Positions 1-6,935 of a DNA stretch of 32,000 nucleotides are shown here, one piece after another; the stretch's first letter is position 1; each line of letters starts with the position of its first letter. Made by a program: the position numbers and the translations under genes. The DNA comes from an uncultured Candidatus Saccharibacteria bacterium. Lineage in GTDB: Bacteria; Patescibacteriota; UBA1384; XYA2-FULL-43-10; 1-14-0-10-43-13. The notes below the pieces were generated by a model, which saw nothing but the letters and a program-made list of their open reading frames with translations, was not told the origin of the DNA and did no database searches. The stretch lies in contig CAZIYE010000001.1 of assembly GCA_964543385.1 (NCBI GenBank), positions 90,001 to 122,000 of the forward strand. Direction: 5' to 3'.

Positions 1-1
1 T

Positions 2-979
2 AATATTCGGGTTTATATCCCAAAAAAGGGTATAGTTATTAATGAACCAAGCGTTGTGGCACTGCAAGCCTTCGACAATAAAGTAATGGCGATTGGCGCA
101 GAGGCAAAACAAATGATTGGACGCACTCCAGAAAGTATTATCGCTGCTGCTCCGCTCAAAGAGGGAGTGATCGCCAATTTTAGAATTGCCGAAGCAATGC
201 TCCGTTATTATATAAATAAAGTCTCCGGAAATATTCGTCTTTTTAAACCTGAAATCATGGTCTCTATTCCTGCCGGCGTTACCTCTACGGAAAGACGTGC
301 TGTCGTTGATGCTTGTAACTCTGCCGGTGCGAAACAAACTTATCTGATCAAGCAGCCAATAGCAGCAGCACTTGGCGCCAGCATTCCAATTGCAACACCA
401 TCAGGCAATATGATTATAGATATTGGTGGTGGCACTAGTGAAGTTGCTGTTATTTCACTTGGAGATGTGGTCGCTTCGACATCCGTCCGTGTTGGTGGAA
501 ATAAATTTGATGCTGCGATAGCAAACTTCATTAGGAAAAAACACAATTTAGTTATTGGCGACCAAACAGCTGAAGATATCAAAATCAAAATTGGCTCAGC
601 CCAACCTTTAAAAAAGGAAATGAAGATGGAGGTCTCTGGCTCAAACACAATTACAGGCCTACCCGAAAGCATTATGATCAATTCCGAAGAGATCGTTCTC
701 GCCATCAAACCACCATTAGTTGAAATAATTAACGCAGTTAAAGATGTACTTCAAAAAACTCCACCTGAGCTTGCCTCCGATGTGATGGATAAAGGAATAA
801 TCCTAACAGGCGCCGGCTCGAAACTACGTAATATGGACACATTGTTGACAAAACTAACTGGGATTCCTTGTGAACTTGCAAATAATCCCGAAGAATGTGT
901 CGTTAAAGGATCCGGAATAGCCATAGAAAACCTTGAGGCATTCAAGCGCTCAGTTCTTTGGACTAAGGATCAAAATTAA
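2..979 (+). CDS. mreB: Rod shape-determining actin-like protein MreB (5' end cut by window edge)
   Basis: The reading frame is open from position 2 (NIRVYIPKKGIVINEPSVVAL...), upstream of the GTG listed at 56. MreB-type motifs are present: NEPSVVA, IDIGGGTSEVAVISLG, LTGAGSKLRNMD. Stop TAA at 977-979. Confidence 0.93.
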   Translation, partial: NIRVYIPKKGIVINEPSVVALQAFDNKVMAIGAEAKQMIGRTPESIIAAAPLKEGVIANFRIAEAMLRYYINKVSGNIRLFKPEIMVSIPAGVTSTERRAVVDACNSAGAKQTYLIKQPIAAALGASIPIATPSGNMIIDIGGGTSEVAVISLGDVVASTSVRVGGNKFDAAIANFIRKKHNLVIGDQTAEDIKIKIGSAQPLKKEMKMEVSGSNTITGLPESIMINSEEIVLAIKPPLVEIINAVKDVLQKTPPELASDVMDKGIILTGAGSKLRNMDTLLTKLTGIPCELANNPEECVVKGSGIAIENLEAFKRSVLWTKDQN

Positions 980-991
980 TAGGCATTACCA

Positions 992-2083
992 ATGATAATA
1001 GGAATTGATGCATCAAAAGCAGCAGCAGAGAATCGCACTGGGGTAGAGAATTTTACCTATCAGATGATTCTTGGCCTAAATAAAATAAAAAAAGAAAACT
1101 TTTATTATCTCTATACAAATAAGAGCCTACCTCATGAATTACACTCTCGGGTAAACTTTTTGGAAAAAAAAACATACTTTCATAGATTTTTTAATAAAGT
1201 ATTTTTACCTCTATTATTATTGAAATATCGCCCTGACGTTTATTTCCAACCACTTTATTCGATACCAATGTTTACTCCAAAGAAATGTATCGCTGTAGTT
1301 CATGACCTTGCCTTCCAGAAATTTCCTGATGCTTATTCCGATTCAGAAATAAAAAGACAGATGTCTTCCTTAAATAACGTGGTGAAAAAATCAGAAAAAA
1401 TTGTTTGTGTCAGTCAGTCTACAAAAAATGATTTAATCGAGCTCTTTCCCGAAACGAAAGAAAAAATTGAAATTATCTATCCTTCTTATAACGAAGAAAC
1501 TTTCCACCCAATCGAAAAGCCCAAGGATCCTTTAAAAGTAGGAGATTATTTTTTCCTTTTTATTGGGCGCCTCGAAGAACGTAAAAATATAGTAAAAATA
1601 ATTGAAGCCTTTTCACTTTTGAAAGAAGAGCTCGGCCTACCTCACAAATTAGTCTTAGCAGGTAAGCCCGGCTATGGCTATGACAAGATCGCCGAAAAAA
1701 TAAAATCTCTAAAACCCGAAATTGCTAAGCAAATTATCTTGCCAGGTTTTATTAAGCAAGAAGATATGGCCGATGTTATGAGCAGTGCCACAGCATTTCT
1801 TTACCCGTCGCTTTATGAAGGTTTTGGAATTGCAGCCCTAGATGCTCTTGCTGCCGGTACACCAGTTATAACTGCAAATACTTCTGCTCTACCAGAAGCA
1901 GTTGGAGATGCTGCCATACTAGTAGCACCAGAAGACGCTAATGCCATTAAAAATGCAATGAGAGAGTTAGCAACTGACCCAGTAAAAAGGAATTCATTGA
2001 TTAAAAAAGGGTTAGATCAGATACAAAAATTTTCCTGGGAGAAAAGCGCCCAGAAATTACTAAACATTTTGGAGAGTTTATGA
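992..2083 (+). CDS. Glycosyltransferase, family 4 (GT-B, Glycos_transf_1 domain)
   Basis: C-terminal signature FLYPSLYEGFGIAALDALAAGTPVITAN is typical of GT4 retaining transferases. The stop overlaps the next start (ATGA at 2080-2083). Confidence 0.85.
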   Translation: MIIGIDASKAAAENRTGVENFTYQMILGLNKIKKENFYYLYTNKSLPHELHSRVNFLEKKTYFHRFFNKVFLPLLLLKYRPDVYFQPLYSIPMFTPKKCIAVVHDLAFQKFPDAYSDSEIKRQMSSLNNVVKKSEKIVCVSQSTKNDLIELFPETKEKIEIIYPSYNEETFHPIEKPKDPLKVGDYFFLFIGRLEERKNIVKIIEAFSLLKEELGLPHKLVLAGKPGYGYDKIAEKIKSLKPEIAKQIILPGFIKQEDMADVMSSATAFLYPSLYEGFGIAALDALAAGTPVITANTSALPEAVGDAAILVAPEDANAIKNAMRELATDPVKRNSLIKKGLDQIQKFSWEKSAQKLLNILESL

Positions 2084-3201
2084 AAGTAGCTATAGTCTGT
2101 GATTTTTTAACTAAATTTGGCGGAGCCCAACAAGTATTGCTTGCGATTCATGAAGTCTATCCCGATGCACCAATTTATTGTCTTTTATACGATGAGAAAG
2201 GCACTAAAGGTAGATTCAAGGACTGCAAAATTATTGAATCAAGTTTGGGCAAGCTACCAAAATTCATGAAAACAAAAACTAAATTCTTCCTGCCAACAAT
2301 GCCAAAAAGAATCGAGGAATTTGATTTCTCAGAATACGACTTAGTGATCTCATCAAATGATTCATATGCTCATGGAATTATCACCAAGCCAACCACATTT
2401 CATGCGTGCTATTGTCACACACCGATGCGCTATGTCTGGGACTGGCATTTTGAGTATTTAAAGGAGAATAACCTTGATCATGGCCTCAAAGGAATAATTG
2501 TTAAAAATATTTTACACAAGATCAGGATTTGGGATCGAATTTCCGCCCACCGTGTAGACAAGTGGCTAGCAAACTCAGAAAACGTCAAAGGAAGAATTAG
2601 TAAGTATTATCGAGCTGATTCTGAGGTCCTCTATCCGCCAGTCAATGTGAAAGATATACACCTGTCAGAAGACAAACCAGAAGATTATTATGTTATCGTT
2701 TCCAGACTTGAGCCCTATAAAAGAGTGTCCCTTGCAGTTCAGGCTTGTAACAAGCTTAAAAAGAAACTGGTCGTTATTGGCGAAGGTTCAGAAATGCCTC
2801 ACTTAAAGAAAATATCTGGCGATACTATATCTCTCCTTGGATGGCAATCAGAGAAAAGTATGTATGAATATTTGCAAAAAGCGAAGGCTTTTATATTTCC
2901 TGCCGACGAAGACTTCGGTATTACTCCAGTTGAGGCGATGGCCGCCGGCAAACCCGTTATTGCATTGAAAAAGGGAGGCGCGCTTGAAACTATAATTGAG
3001 GGCATTACCGGTATATTCTTCGATGAAGCTACTCCTGATTCCCTTGCATCAGCAATTGAAAGCTTTGAGAGGATAGAAGAAACGATTAAACCCGCAGATT
3101 GCCGAAATCAATCAGAGAAATTTTCTAAAGATGCCTTCAAAAATAATTTGAAAGAAATTATTGATCGTGAATATAAAAACTATTTAGAAAGATATAAATG
3201 A
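2080..3201 (+). CDS. Glycosyltransferase, family 4 (second copy, distinct sequence)
   Basis: Motif FPADEDFGITPVEAMAAGKPVIALKKGGALETI (E-x-F-G...E-A-x-A-x-G-x-P). ATGA overlaps at both ends suggest translational coupling within a three-gene operon. Confidence 0.85.
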   Translation: MKVAIVCDFLTKFGGAQQVLLAIHEVYPDAPIYCLLYDEKGTKGRFKDCKIIESSLGKLPKFMKTKTKFFLPTMPKRIEEFDFSEYDLVISSNDSYAHGIITKPTTFHACYCHTPMRYVWDWHFEYLKENNLDHGLKGIIVKNILHKIRIWDRISAHRVDKWLANSENVKGRISKYYRADSEVLYPPVNVKDIHLSEDKPEDYYVIVSRLEPYKRVSLAVQACNKLKKKLVVIGEGSEMPHLKKISGDTISLLGWQSEKSMYEYLQKAKAFIFPADEDFGITPVEAMAAGKPVIALKKGGALETIIEGITGIFFDEATPDSLASAIESFERIEETIKPADCRNQSEKFSKDAFKNNLKEIIDREYKNYLERYK

Positions 3202-4034
3202 GACGAAATACATGCTCAGTTTTAGGTGTCAAAGTTGATGACATTTCAAAAGTCGATGCAAAAGAGAAACTTGCCGAATTAATCGAAAGAAAAGGCCATT
3301 CGATTATCTGCACACCAAATGTTGAGTTTGTGGTTAATGCACAAACCGACGAAGTTTTGAAAAAAATATTAAATGACGAATCAAAGCTCAATCTACCAGA
3401 TGGATATGGCGTATTATGGGCAGCAAAGTATCTCTCCATTAAACTGCCCAAGCAAAAAGTCTTAAGGGTCCCACTTGCAACTATGATATGGCTTGTTTCT
3501 CTAATCTCGCTGCCTCTTTTTGTTAGATTAAAAAAGCAACCATTAAGGGAAAAAATATCTGGTTCTGATTTTATATGGGATATTGCCAGATTTGCTGCTG
3601 AGAATAACCATAAACTTTTCCTTCTTGGCGGAGCACCGACGATAGCTGAAAGAACTGCACTTAAATTGCAAACTGATATTTTCAATCTAAAGGTTGGCGG
3701 CGTTCACTCAGGGAGAGCAGATGAATTTGAAAAAATTATAGAGGCAGTGAATAAATCTAGATCGGATATTTTATTAGTTGCATTTGGGTCTCCCAAACAA
3801 GAGAAATGGCTCTCTGATCATTTGAAAAAAACTTGTTGCAAAATTGGCATTGGACTAGGCGGATCCTTCGACTTTATTGCAGGGACGCAAAAACGAGCGC
3901 CTCGCTGGATGCAAAATATTGGCCTCGAATGGCTGGATCGATTAATTAAAGATCCAAGTCGCATCAAGAGACAGGCAGCTATACCAAAACTGATTTGGCT
4001 TACACTAATATTCAAAATAAAGTATAGCGATTAG
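3198..4034 (+). CDS. WecG/TagA/CpsF-family (GT26) glycosyltransferase, probable N-acetylmannosaminyltransferase-type enzyme
   Basis: Family motifs: ICTPNVEFVV, LNLPDGYGVLWAAK, LFLLGGAP, ILLVAFGSPKQEKW, IGLGGSFDFIAGTQKRAPRWMQNIGLEWLDRLIKDPSRIKR. Carries an extra hydrophobic insert (see findings). Confidence 0.85.
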   Translation: MRRNTCSVLGVKVDDISKVDAKEKLAELIERKGHSIICTPNVEFVVNAQTDEVLKKILNDESKLNLPDGYGVLWAAKYLSIKLPKQKVLRVPLATMIWLVSLISLPLFVRLKKQPLREKISGSDFIWDIARFAAENNHKLFLLGGAPTIAERTALKLQTDIFNLKVGGVHSGRADEFEKIIEAVNKSRSDILLVAFGSPKQEKWLSDHLKKTCCKIGIGLGGSFDFIAGTQKRAPRWMQNIGLEWLDRLIKDPSRIKRQAAIPKLIWLTLIFKIKYSD

Positions 4035-4058
4035 TCAATTATTCTAAGAACAATCAAT

Positions 4059-4090
4059 AAAAGCGCCATTAATCACACGGCGCTTTTATT
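4059..4090 (+). terminator. Rho-independent terminator of the glycosyltransferase operon
   Basis: AAAAGCGCC (4059-4067) pairs with GGCGCTTTT (4079-4087) across an 11-nt loop, followed by TTTTATT. Confidence 0.75.
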
Positions 4091-4151
4091 GTGATGAAAT
4101 TTTAAACTTATTTAATTCAATTGCTTACAATAACAATTTACTCTTTTTTGA

Positions 4152-4180
4152 TTGACAAAACAACCATTTTATTATAAAAT
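4152..4180 (+). promoter_or_regulatory. Sigma70-type promoter TTGACA-17-TAAAAT for the GC-rich secreted-protein gene
   Basis: TTGACA 4152-4157, 17-nt spacer, TAAAAT 4175-4180. AAGGAGG SD at 4194-4200 lies 8 nt before TTG 4209. The TTG at 4152 used as ORF start in the track is the -35 box. Confidence 0.6.
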
Positions 4181-4208
4181 ACCGAAGCTATCAAAGGAGG
4201 AATTACCG

Positions 4209-4655
4209 TTGACTAAACATGTAACATTCACATTTGTGATAGCACTCTTGGTACTGTGTCTGACACAGTTGCCATCCTACTCCCATCCGCCCAATGGGCG
4301 GATCATCGGCTATATGAAGCCCGAGAAGCGACAGTGCACCCTGAAATATAGCACTGTCGAGTCTCCATGGCTTAGTGACAAACTGGCGTGGGGAGTTCCC
4401 TTATCGGTTCGCTATGCTGCGAGTGACGATCTGACTTTCGGCACCAAAATTTTTATTCCCTACTGGGTACGGGATAAAAAAGGCCGCATGGTCAAAAAGA
4501 CACTCTACCGTGTTGTAGCAGACCACCCGAAGAGGAATTCCCGAGGCACGATGATTGAACCGTACATCAACCGGAAGTATGAGCCGTTTTTCAAACACAT
4601 ACTTACCAGCAGACAAACAGTCACAATCATACGGCCTATCGTCAGCCGACGATGA
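4209..4655 (+). CDS. Hypothetical secreted protein (148 aa), compositionally foreign (GC-rich); weak RlpA/3D-like double-psi beta-barrel resemblance
   Basis: Start reassigned to TTG 4209 behind a consensus SD. N-terminus MTKHVTFTFVIALLVLCLTQLPSYS looks like a signal peptide. The segment AASDDLTFGTKIFIP...YRVVADHPKRNSRGTMIEPY loosely resembles the xAAxxxLPFGTxVxV...DRGP...iDLs pattern of RlpA/3D domains. About 55% G+C in hand-counted lines, against an AT-rich background. Confidence 0.6.
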   Translation: MTKHVTFTFVIALLVLCLTQLPSYSHPPNGRIIGYMKPEKRQCTLKYSTVESPWLSDKLAWGVPLSVRYAASDDLTFGTKIFIPYWVRDKKGRMVKKTLYRVVADHPKRNSRGTMIEPYINRKYEPFFKHILTSRQTVTIIRPIVSRR

Positions 4656-4720
4656 CTTTCCGCGGGCCCTTCGCAAGGAGGGCTCTGCACATTAAAATTA
4701 ATTTTTAGTAAAATAACATT

Positions 4721-5941
4721 ATGAATAAAAATAAACCCGAACTTTTAGCCCCCTCCGGAAACTTGAATATACTTAAGATGGCTTTTTTATATGGCGCAGA
4801 TGCCGTCTATTGTGGCACTCCTGCCTTTGCCATGCGCGCCAGAGTCGGCTTTGACTTAAAATCCCTCAAAGAGGGGATAGAATACGCTCACTCAATTGGC
4901 AAAAAGGTTTATCTGACGTTGAATGCATTTCCTCACTCTTTGGAAATCCAAAATCTCAAAAAACATGTCAGGGCATTGGCCGATTTAAAACCAGATGCAT
5001 TTATTATCGCCGATCCAGGAGTTATTCAGTTTGTAAAAAATAATTACAATATCCCAATCCACCTCTCAACACAAAGTAGCACTACAAATCAATTGTCCGC
5101 CGAGTTCTGGAAAAAACAGGGAGTCGAAAGAGTTGTCCTCGCTCGAGAACTGAGCTTGAAAGAAATAAAAAAGATTCATGAATTAGTTGATATTGAGATT
5201 GAATCATTTGTTCATGGTGCGATGTGTATGGCTTATTCAGGACGCTGCCAAATTTCAAATTACATGACTGGACGTGATCCCAATAGAGGACAATGTGTCC
5301 AAGCTTGCCGCTTCAAATACAAGATGTATGCACTCGAAGAAGATTTGAGAAAGGGAGAGCTTTTCCCAATTTATGAAGACGAAGAAGGTACTCACATTTT
5401 AAATTCCAAGGATCTGTGCATGATCAAATATATCCCCGAACTAATTGATGCCGGCGTTTCTTCTCTTAAGATAGAGGGTAGGCTAAAAACCGAATACTAT
5501 GTTGCCACTATTATCAGAGCTTACAGAAAAGCAATAGACCTATATTTTGAAGACCAAAAACTATACAAAAAAGAACGTACTAAACTTCAAAAAGAAGTCG
5601 AAAAATCAGCGAATCGCGGATTCACAACTGGTTTTTATTTCAATAAACCCGACCAAGAGACAAATAACTATCCATCCTCCAAAGCTAAAAGTGATTGGGG
5701 TTATATTGGACAAGTTATTGAATATGATGAAAATAAAAATGTACTTAAATTTGAATGTAAAAACTATTCGCCTATCAATTCTACTTTAGAAATTATTACT
5801 CCGGATGAGACCATCCCTTATAAATTGAAGAAAATGTATATAAAAAACGAGCCAGCAGTTGTGGCTCATGCAAATAATATTGTCGAAATTCCATTTGATC
5901 AGAAAATTGTAAAAGATTCTCTTATCCGAATAAAGCTCTAG
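4721..5941 (+). CDS. Peptidase U32 family protein (YegQ/TrhP/RlhA/UbiU-like; probable Fe-S protein)
   Basis: N-terminus KPELLAPSGNLNILKMAFLYGADAVYCG and the U32 signature ESFVHGAMCMAYSGRCQISNY. Cys pattern C-x6-C-x15-C-x3-C. No SD precedes ATG 4721, so it may be co-transcribed from the 4152 promoter. Confidence 0.88.
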   Translation: MNKNKPELLAPSGNLNILKMAFLYGADAVYCGTPAFAMRARVGFDLKSLKEGIEYAHSIGKKVYLTLNAFPHSLEIQNLKKHVRALADLKPDAFIIADPGVIQFVKNNYNIPIHLSTQSSTTNQLSAEFWKKQGVERVVLARELSLKEIKKIHELVDIEIESFVHGAMCMAYSGRCQISNYMTGRDPNRGQCVQACRFKYKMYALEEDLRKGELFPIYEDEEGTHILNSKDLCMIKYIPELIDAGVSSLKIEGRLKTEYYVATIIRAYRKAIDLYFEDQKLYKKERTKLQKEVEKSANRGFTTGFYFNKPDQETNNYPSSKAKSDWGYIGQVIEYDENKNVLKFECKNYSPINSTLEIITPDETIPYKLKKMYIKNEPAVVAHANNIVEIPFDQKIVKDSLIRIKL

Positions 5942-5950
5942 AAAACACTT

Positions 5951-6015
5951 GAGCTCGGACATTAGTCCGAGCTCAGGTAAACGTGCGCTTCTTAGGCGCG
6001 CCTCGCAAAGCGAGG
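5951..6015 (-). terminator. Cluster of three GC-rich hairpins between the convergent U32 and membrane-protein genes; terminator for the - strand gene, possibly bidirectional
   Basis: GAGCTCGGAC-ATTA-GTCCGAGCTC (5951-5974) has perfect 10-bp arms and is followed on the - strand by GTGTTTTC. Two further hairpins: GTGCGC/GCGCGC (5983-6001) and CCTCGC-AAA-GCGAGG (6001-6015). Confidence 0.6.
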
Positions 6016-6024
6016 GTTTGAAAG

Positions 6025-6600
6025 TTAGGCGGCATCGCCACCTCCTCCAACCGGAGACTTGCTCTGACGAGTAGTCTGAGGCAGGAGGATAAGGTTGGAC
6101 GCCGACCGTTCGCCGCCGATGTGACTGATCAGAATGGCGGCGGCAGGGATCCACAGGATCATTCCCGTAACAACGCAAGCGATCATGACTGTCGCAAAGG
6201 GCAGCTCCCACCCGAAGACTGTGATGCCTAGGGGCAGAATAATGAACGTCGAGACTGAGATTGTCAGTCCGACAATCACCAGCGCCTTCGGCGCTGCTTG
6301 GTACCCTTGCCAGATGGCCCGGGGCAAGCTGATGAACAGCCACCGCAACACCCTTCGCAGGATACGCGCGCATGCGCGGATTCCAGGCACTAGCCATGGC
6401 GCCACGTAATCATTGTGGTACTCGGCCAGTCCCTGCTTTTTGGCAAAGAGGCCGATTAACACGATCACGGCACAGATTACTGCCACATAGAAACGCACTT
6501 CTGCGTCGTCGGGCGTGATCTCCTGGACATTGCCGACGGTGAAAAGGGCGTGAATTGCCCAGCTACCGAGGGTTACAAATAATATTCGATACATCAGCAT
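6025..6600 (-). CDS. Hypothetical integral membrane protein (191 aa, about 4 TM helices), compositionally foreign (GC-rich)
   Basis: Hydrophobic stretches: ILFVTLGSWAIHALFTV, FYVAVICAVIVLIGLFA, LVIVGLTISVSTFIILPLGITVFGW, FATVMIACVVTGMILWIPAAAILI. Third codon positions are strongly G/C-biased in this frame. GGAG at 6611-6608 is best spaced (7 nt) for the ATG at 6600, so the start is moved from 6606. No family recognised. Confidence 0.65.
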   Translation of the reverse strand: MLMYRILFVTLGSWAIHALFTVGNVQEITPDDAEVRFYVAVICAVIVLIGLFAKKQGLAEYHNDYVAPWLVPGIRACARILRRVLRWLFISLPRAIWQGYQAAPKALVIVGLTISVSTFIILPLGITVFGWELPFATVMIACVVTGMILWIPAAAILISHIGGERSASNLILLPQTTRQSKSPVGGGGDAA

Positions 6601-6733
6601 GACCATTCTCCTTTCGACAAATAGGCTGCGATAGTTGCCACGATGTGGCGCTGAATACTATATTAACGAGCATGATTGCTCGATGATTCCCTTTTTTAGC
6701 TCACAAGCAAGCTTGCGAACTAAAATGGTACTC
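6601..6733 (-). promoter_or_regulatory. Long (about 130 nt) structured 5' leader of the GC-rich membrane-protein gene
   Basis: Three hairpins lie between the promoter and the SD: 6692-6725 (TTAGCTCACAAGC/GCTTGCGAACTAA, 11 of 13 positions paired, extended by T/A runs), 6667-6682 (CGAGCA-TGAT-TGCTCG), and 6637-6649 (GCCAC-GAT-GTGGC). Confidence 0.4.
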
Positions 6734-6739
6734 TTATTT

Positions 6740-6768
6740 ATTATATTACATTTTTAGCGATTTGTCAA
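6740..6768 (-). promoter_or_regulatory. Perfect-consensus sigma70-type promoter TTGACA-17-TATAAT (minus strand)
   Basis: On the - strand: TTGACA (6768-6763), 17-nt spacer AATCGCTAAAAATGTAA, TATAAT (6745-6740). Confidence 0.65.
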
Positions 6769-6857
6769 TGTATTTACGCTTGGTCACTCACCATTCTCTC
6801 CTCCCAAATTTAATAATTTTCAGAAAATAGACCCGTAAAGTTAGCAAAGTATTCCGC

Positions 6858-6886
6858 TTGATAAATATACGAATAACTGGTACTAT
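6858..6886 (+). promoter_or_regulatory. Candidate pyk promoter TTGATA-17-TACTAT
   Basis: TTGATA 6858-6863, 17-nt spacer, TACTAT 6881-6886. SD TAGGAGAG precedes ATG 6936. Confidence 0.4.
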
Positions 6887-6935
6887 ACTAAATGGCCCTA
6901 TGGCCTTTTTTAAATAAATTTAACGAGTAGGAGAG

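Noticed and set aside
340-945. Antisense ORFs inside mreB (340-708, 751-945). Similar antisense or alternate-frame ORFs sit inside other genes: 2799-3005, 3158-3685, 3818-4015, 5547-5789, 7343-7549, 8273-8488, 8930-9130, 10206-10391, 10895-11257, 11429-11647, 12023-12232, 12314-12607, 12823-13105, 13254-13631, 16016-16207, 18297-18557, 23345-23533, 24531-24899, 26860-27066, 27773-27982, 28052-28399, 29061-29249, 29830-30222, 30387-31499, 31715-31939.
   Set aside because: Each lies wholly within a confidently identified gene on the opposite strand or in another frame. They have low-complexity, Ser/Ile-rich translations typical of shadow ORFs, and no SD or promoter signals.
4152-4208. TTG 4152 as start of the 167-aa ORF
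   Set aside because: The TTG is part of a TTGACA -35 hexamer, and the AAGGAGG SD lies inside this extension. TTG 4209 gives a proper SD spacing and a signal-peptide N-terminus.
4253-4269. Perfect 17-bp palindrome ACTGTGTC-T-GACACAGT in the signal-peptide coding region
   Set aside because: An 8-bp-arm palindrome is expected by chance roughly once in a window of this size when several spacings are allowed. It lies inside a CDS with no associated signal.
4664-4685. Weak hairpin GGGCCC-N10-GGGCTC and SD-like AAGGAGGG (4675-4682) after islet-1 gene; possible mini-ORF or terminator
   Set aside because: The stem is only 6 bp with one G-T pair, and no T-run follows. No ATG/GTG/TTG start sits at SD distance; only a 7-codon CTG-initiated frame is available. 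Not supportable.
4401-4690. Antisense ORFs 4401-4676 and 4505-4690 in islet 1
   Set aside because: They are shadow ORFs of the GC-rich + strand gene. They have no SD or promoter, and their translations are Arg/Cys-rich and non-protein-like.
5786-6409. Long ORFs 5786-6397 (-, 203 aa) and 6134-6409 (+, 91 aa) in the GC-rich islet
   Set aside because: These are by-products of high G+C, which leaves few stop codons. Their translations are Arg/Pro/Ala/Ser-rich without hydrophobic periodicity, and the first runs into the U32 gene. The 6025-6600 frame has TM helices, GC3 bias and an SD.
6891-6915. GGCC-CTAT-GGCC plus T6 just upstream of pyk as a terminator or tRNA-like element
   Set aside because: The stem is only 4 bp, no upstream + strand gene needs terminating, and no tRNA cloverleaf or T-loop (GTTCRANYC) is present.
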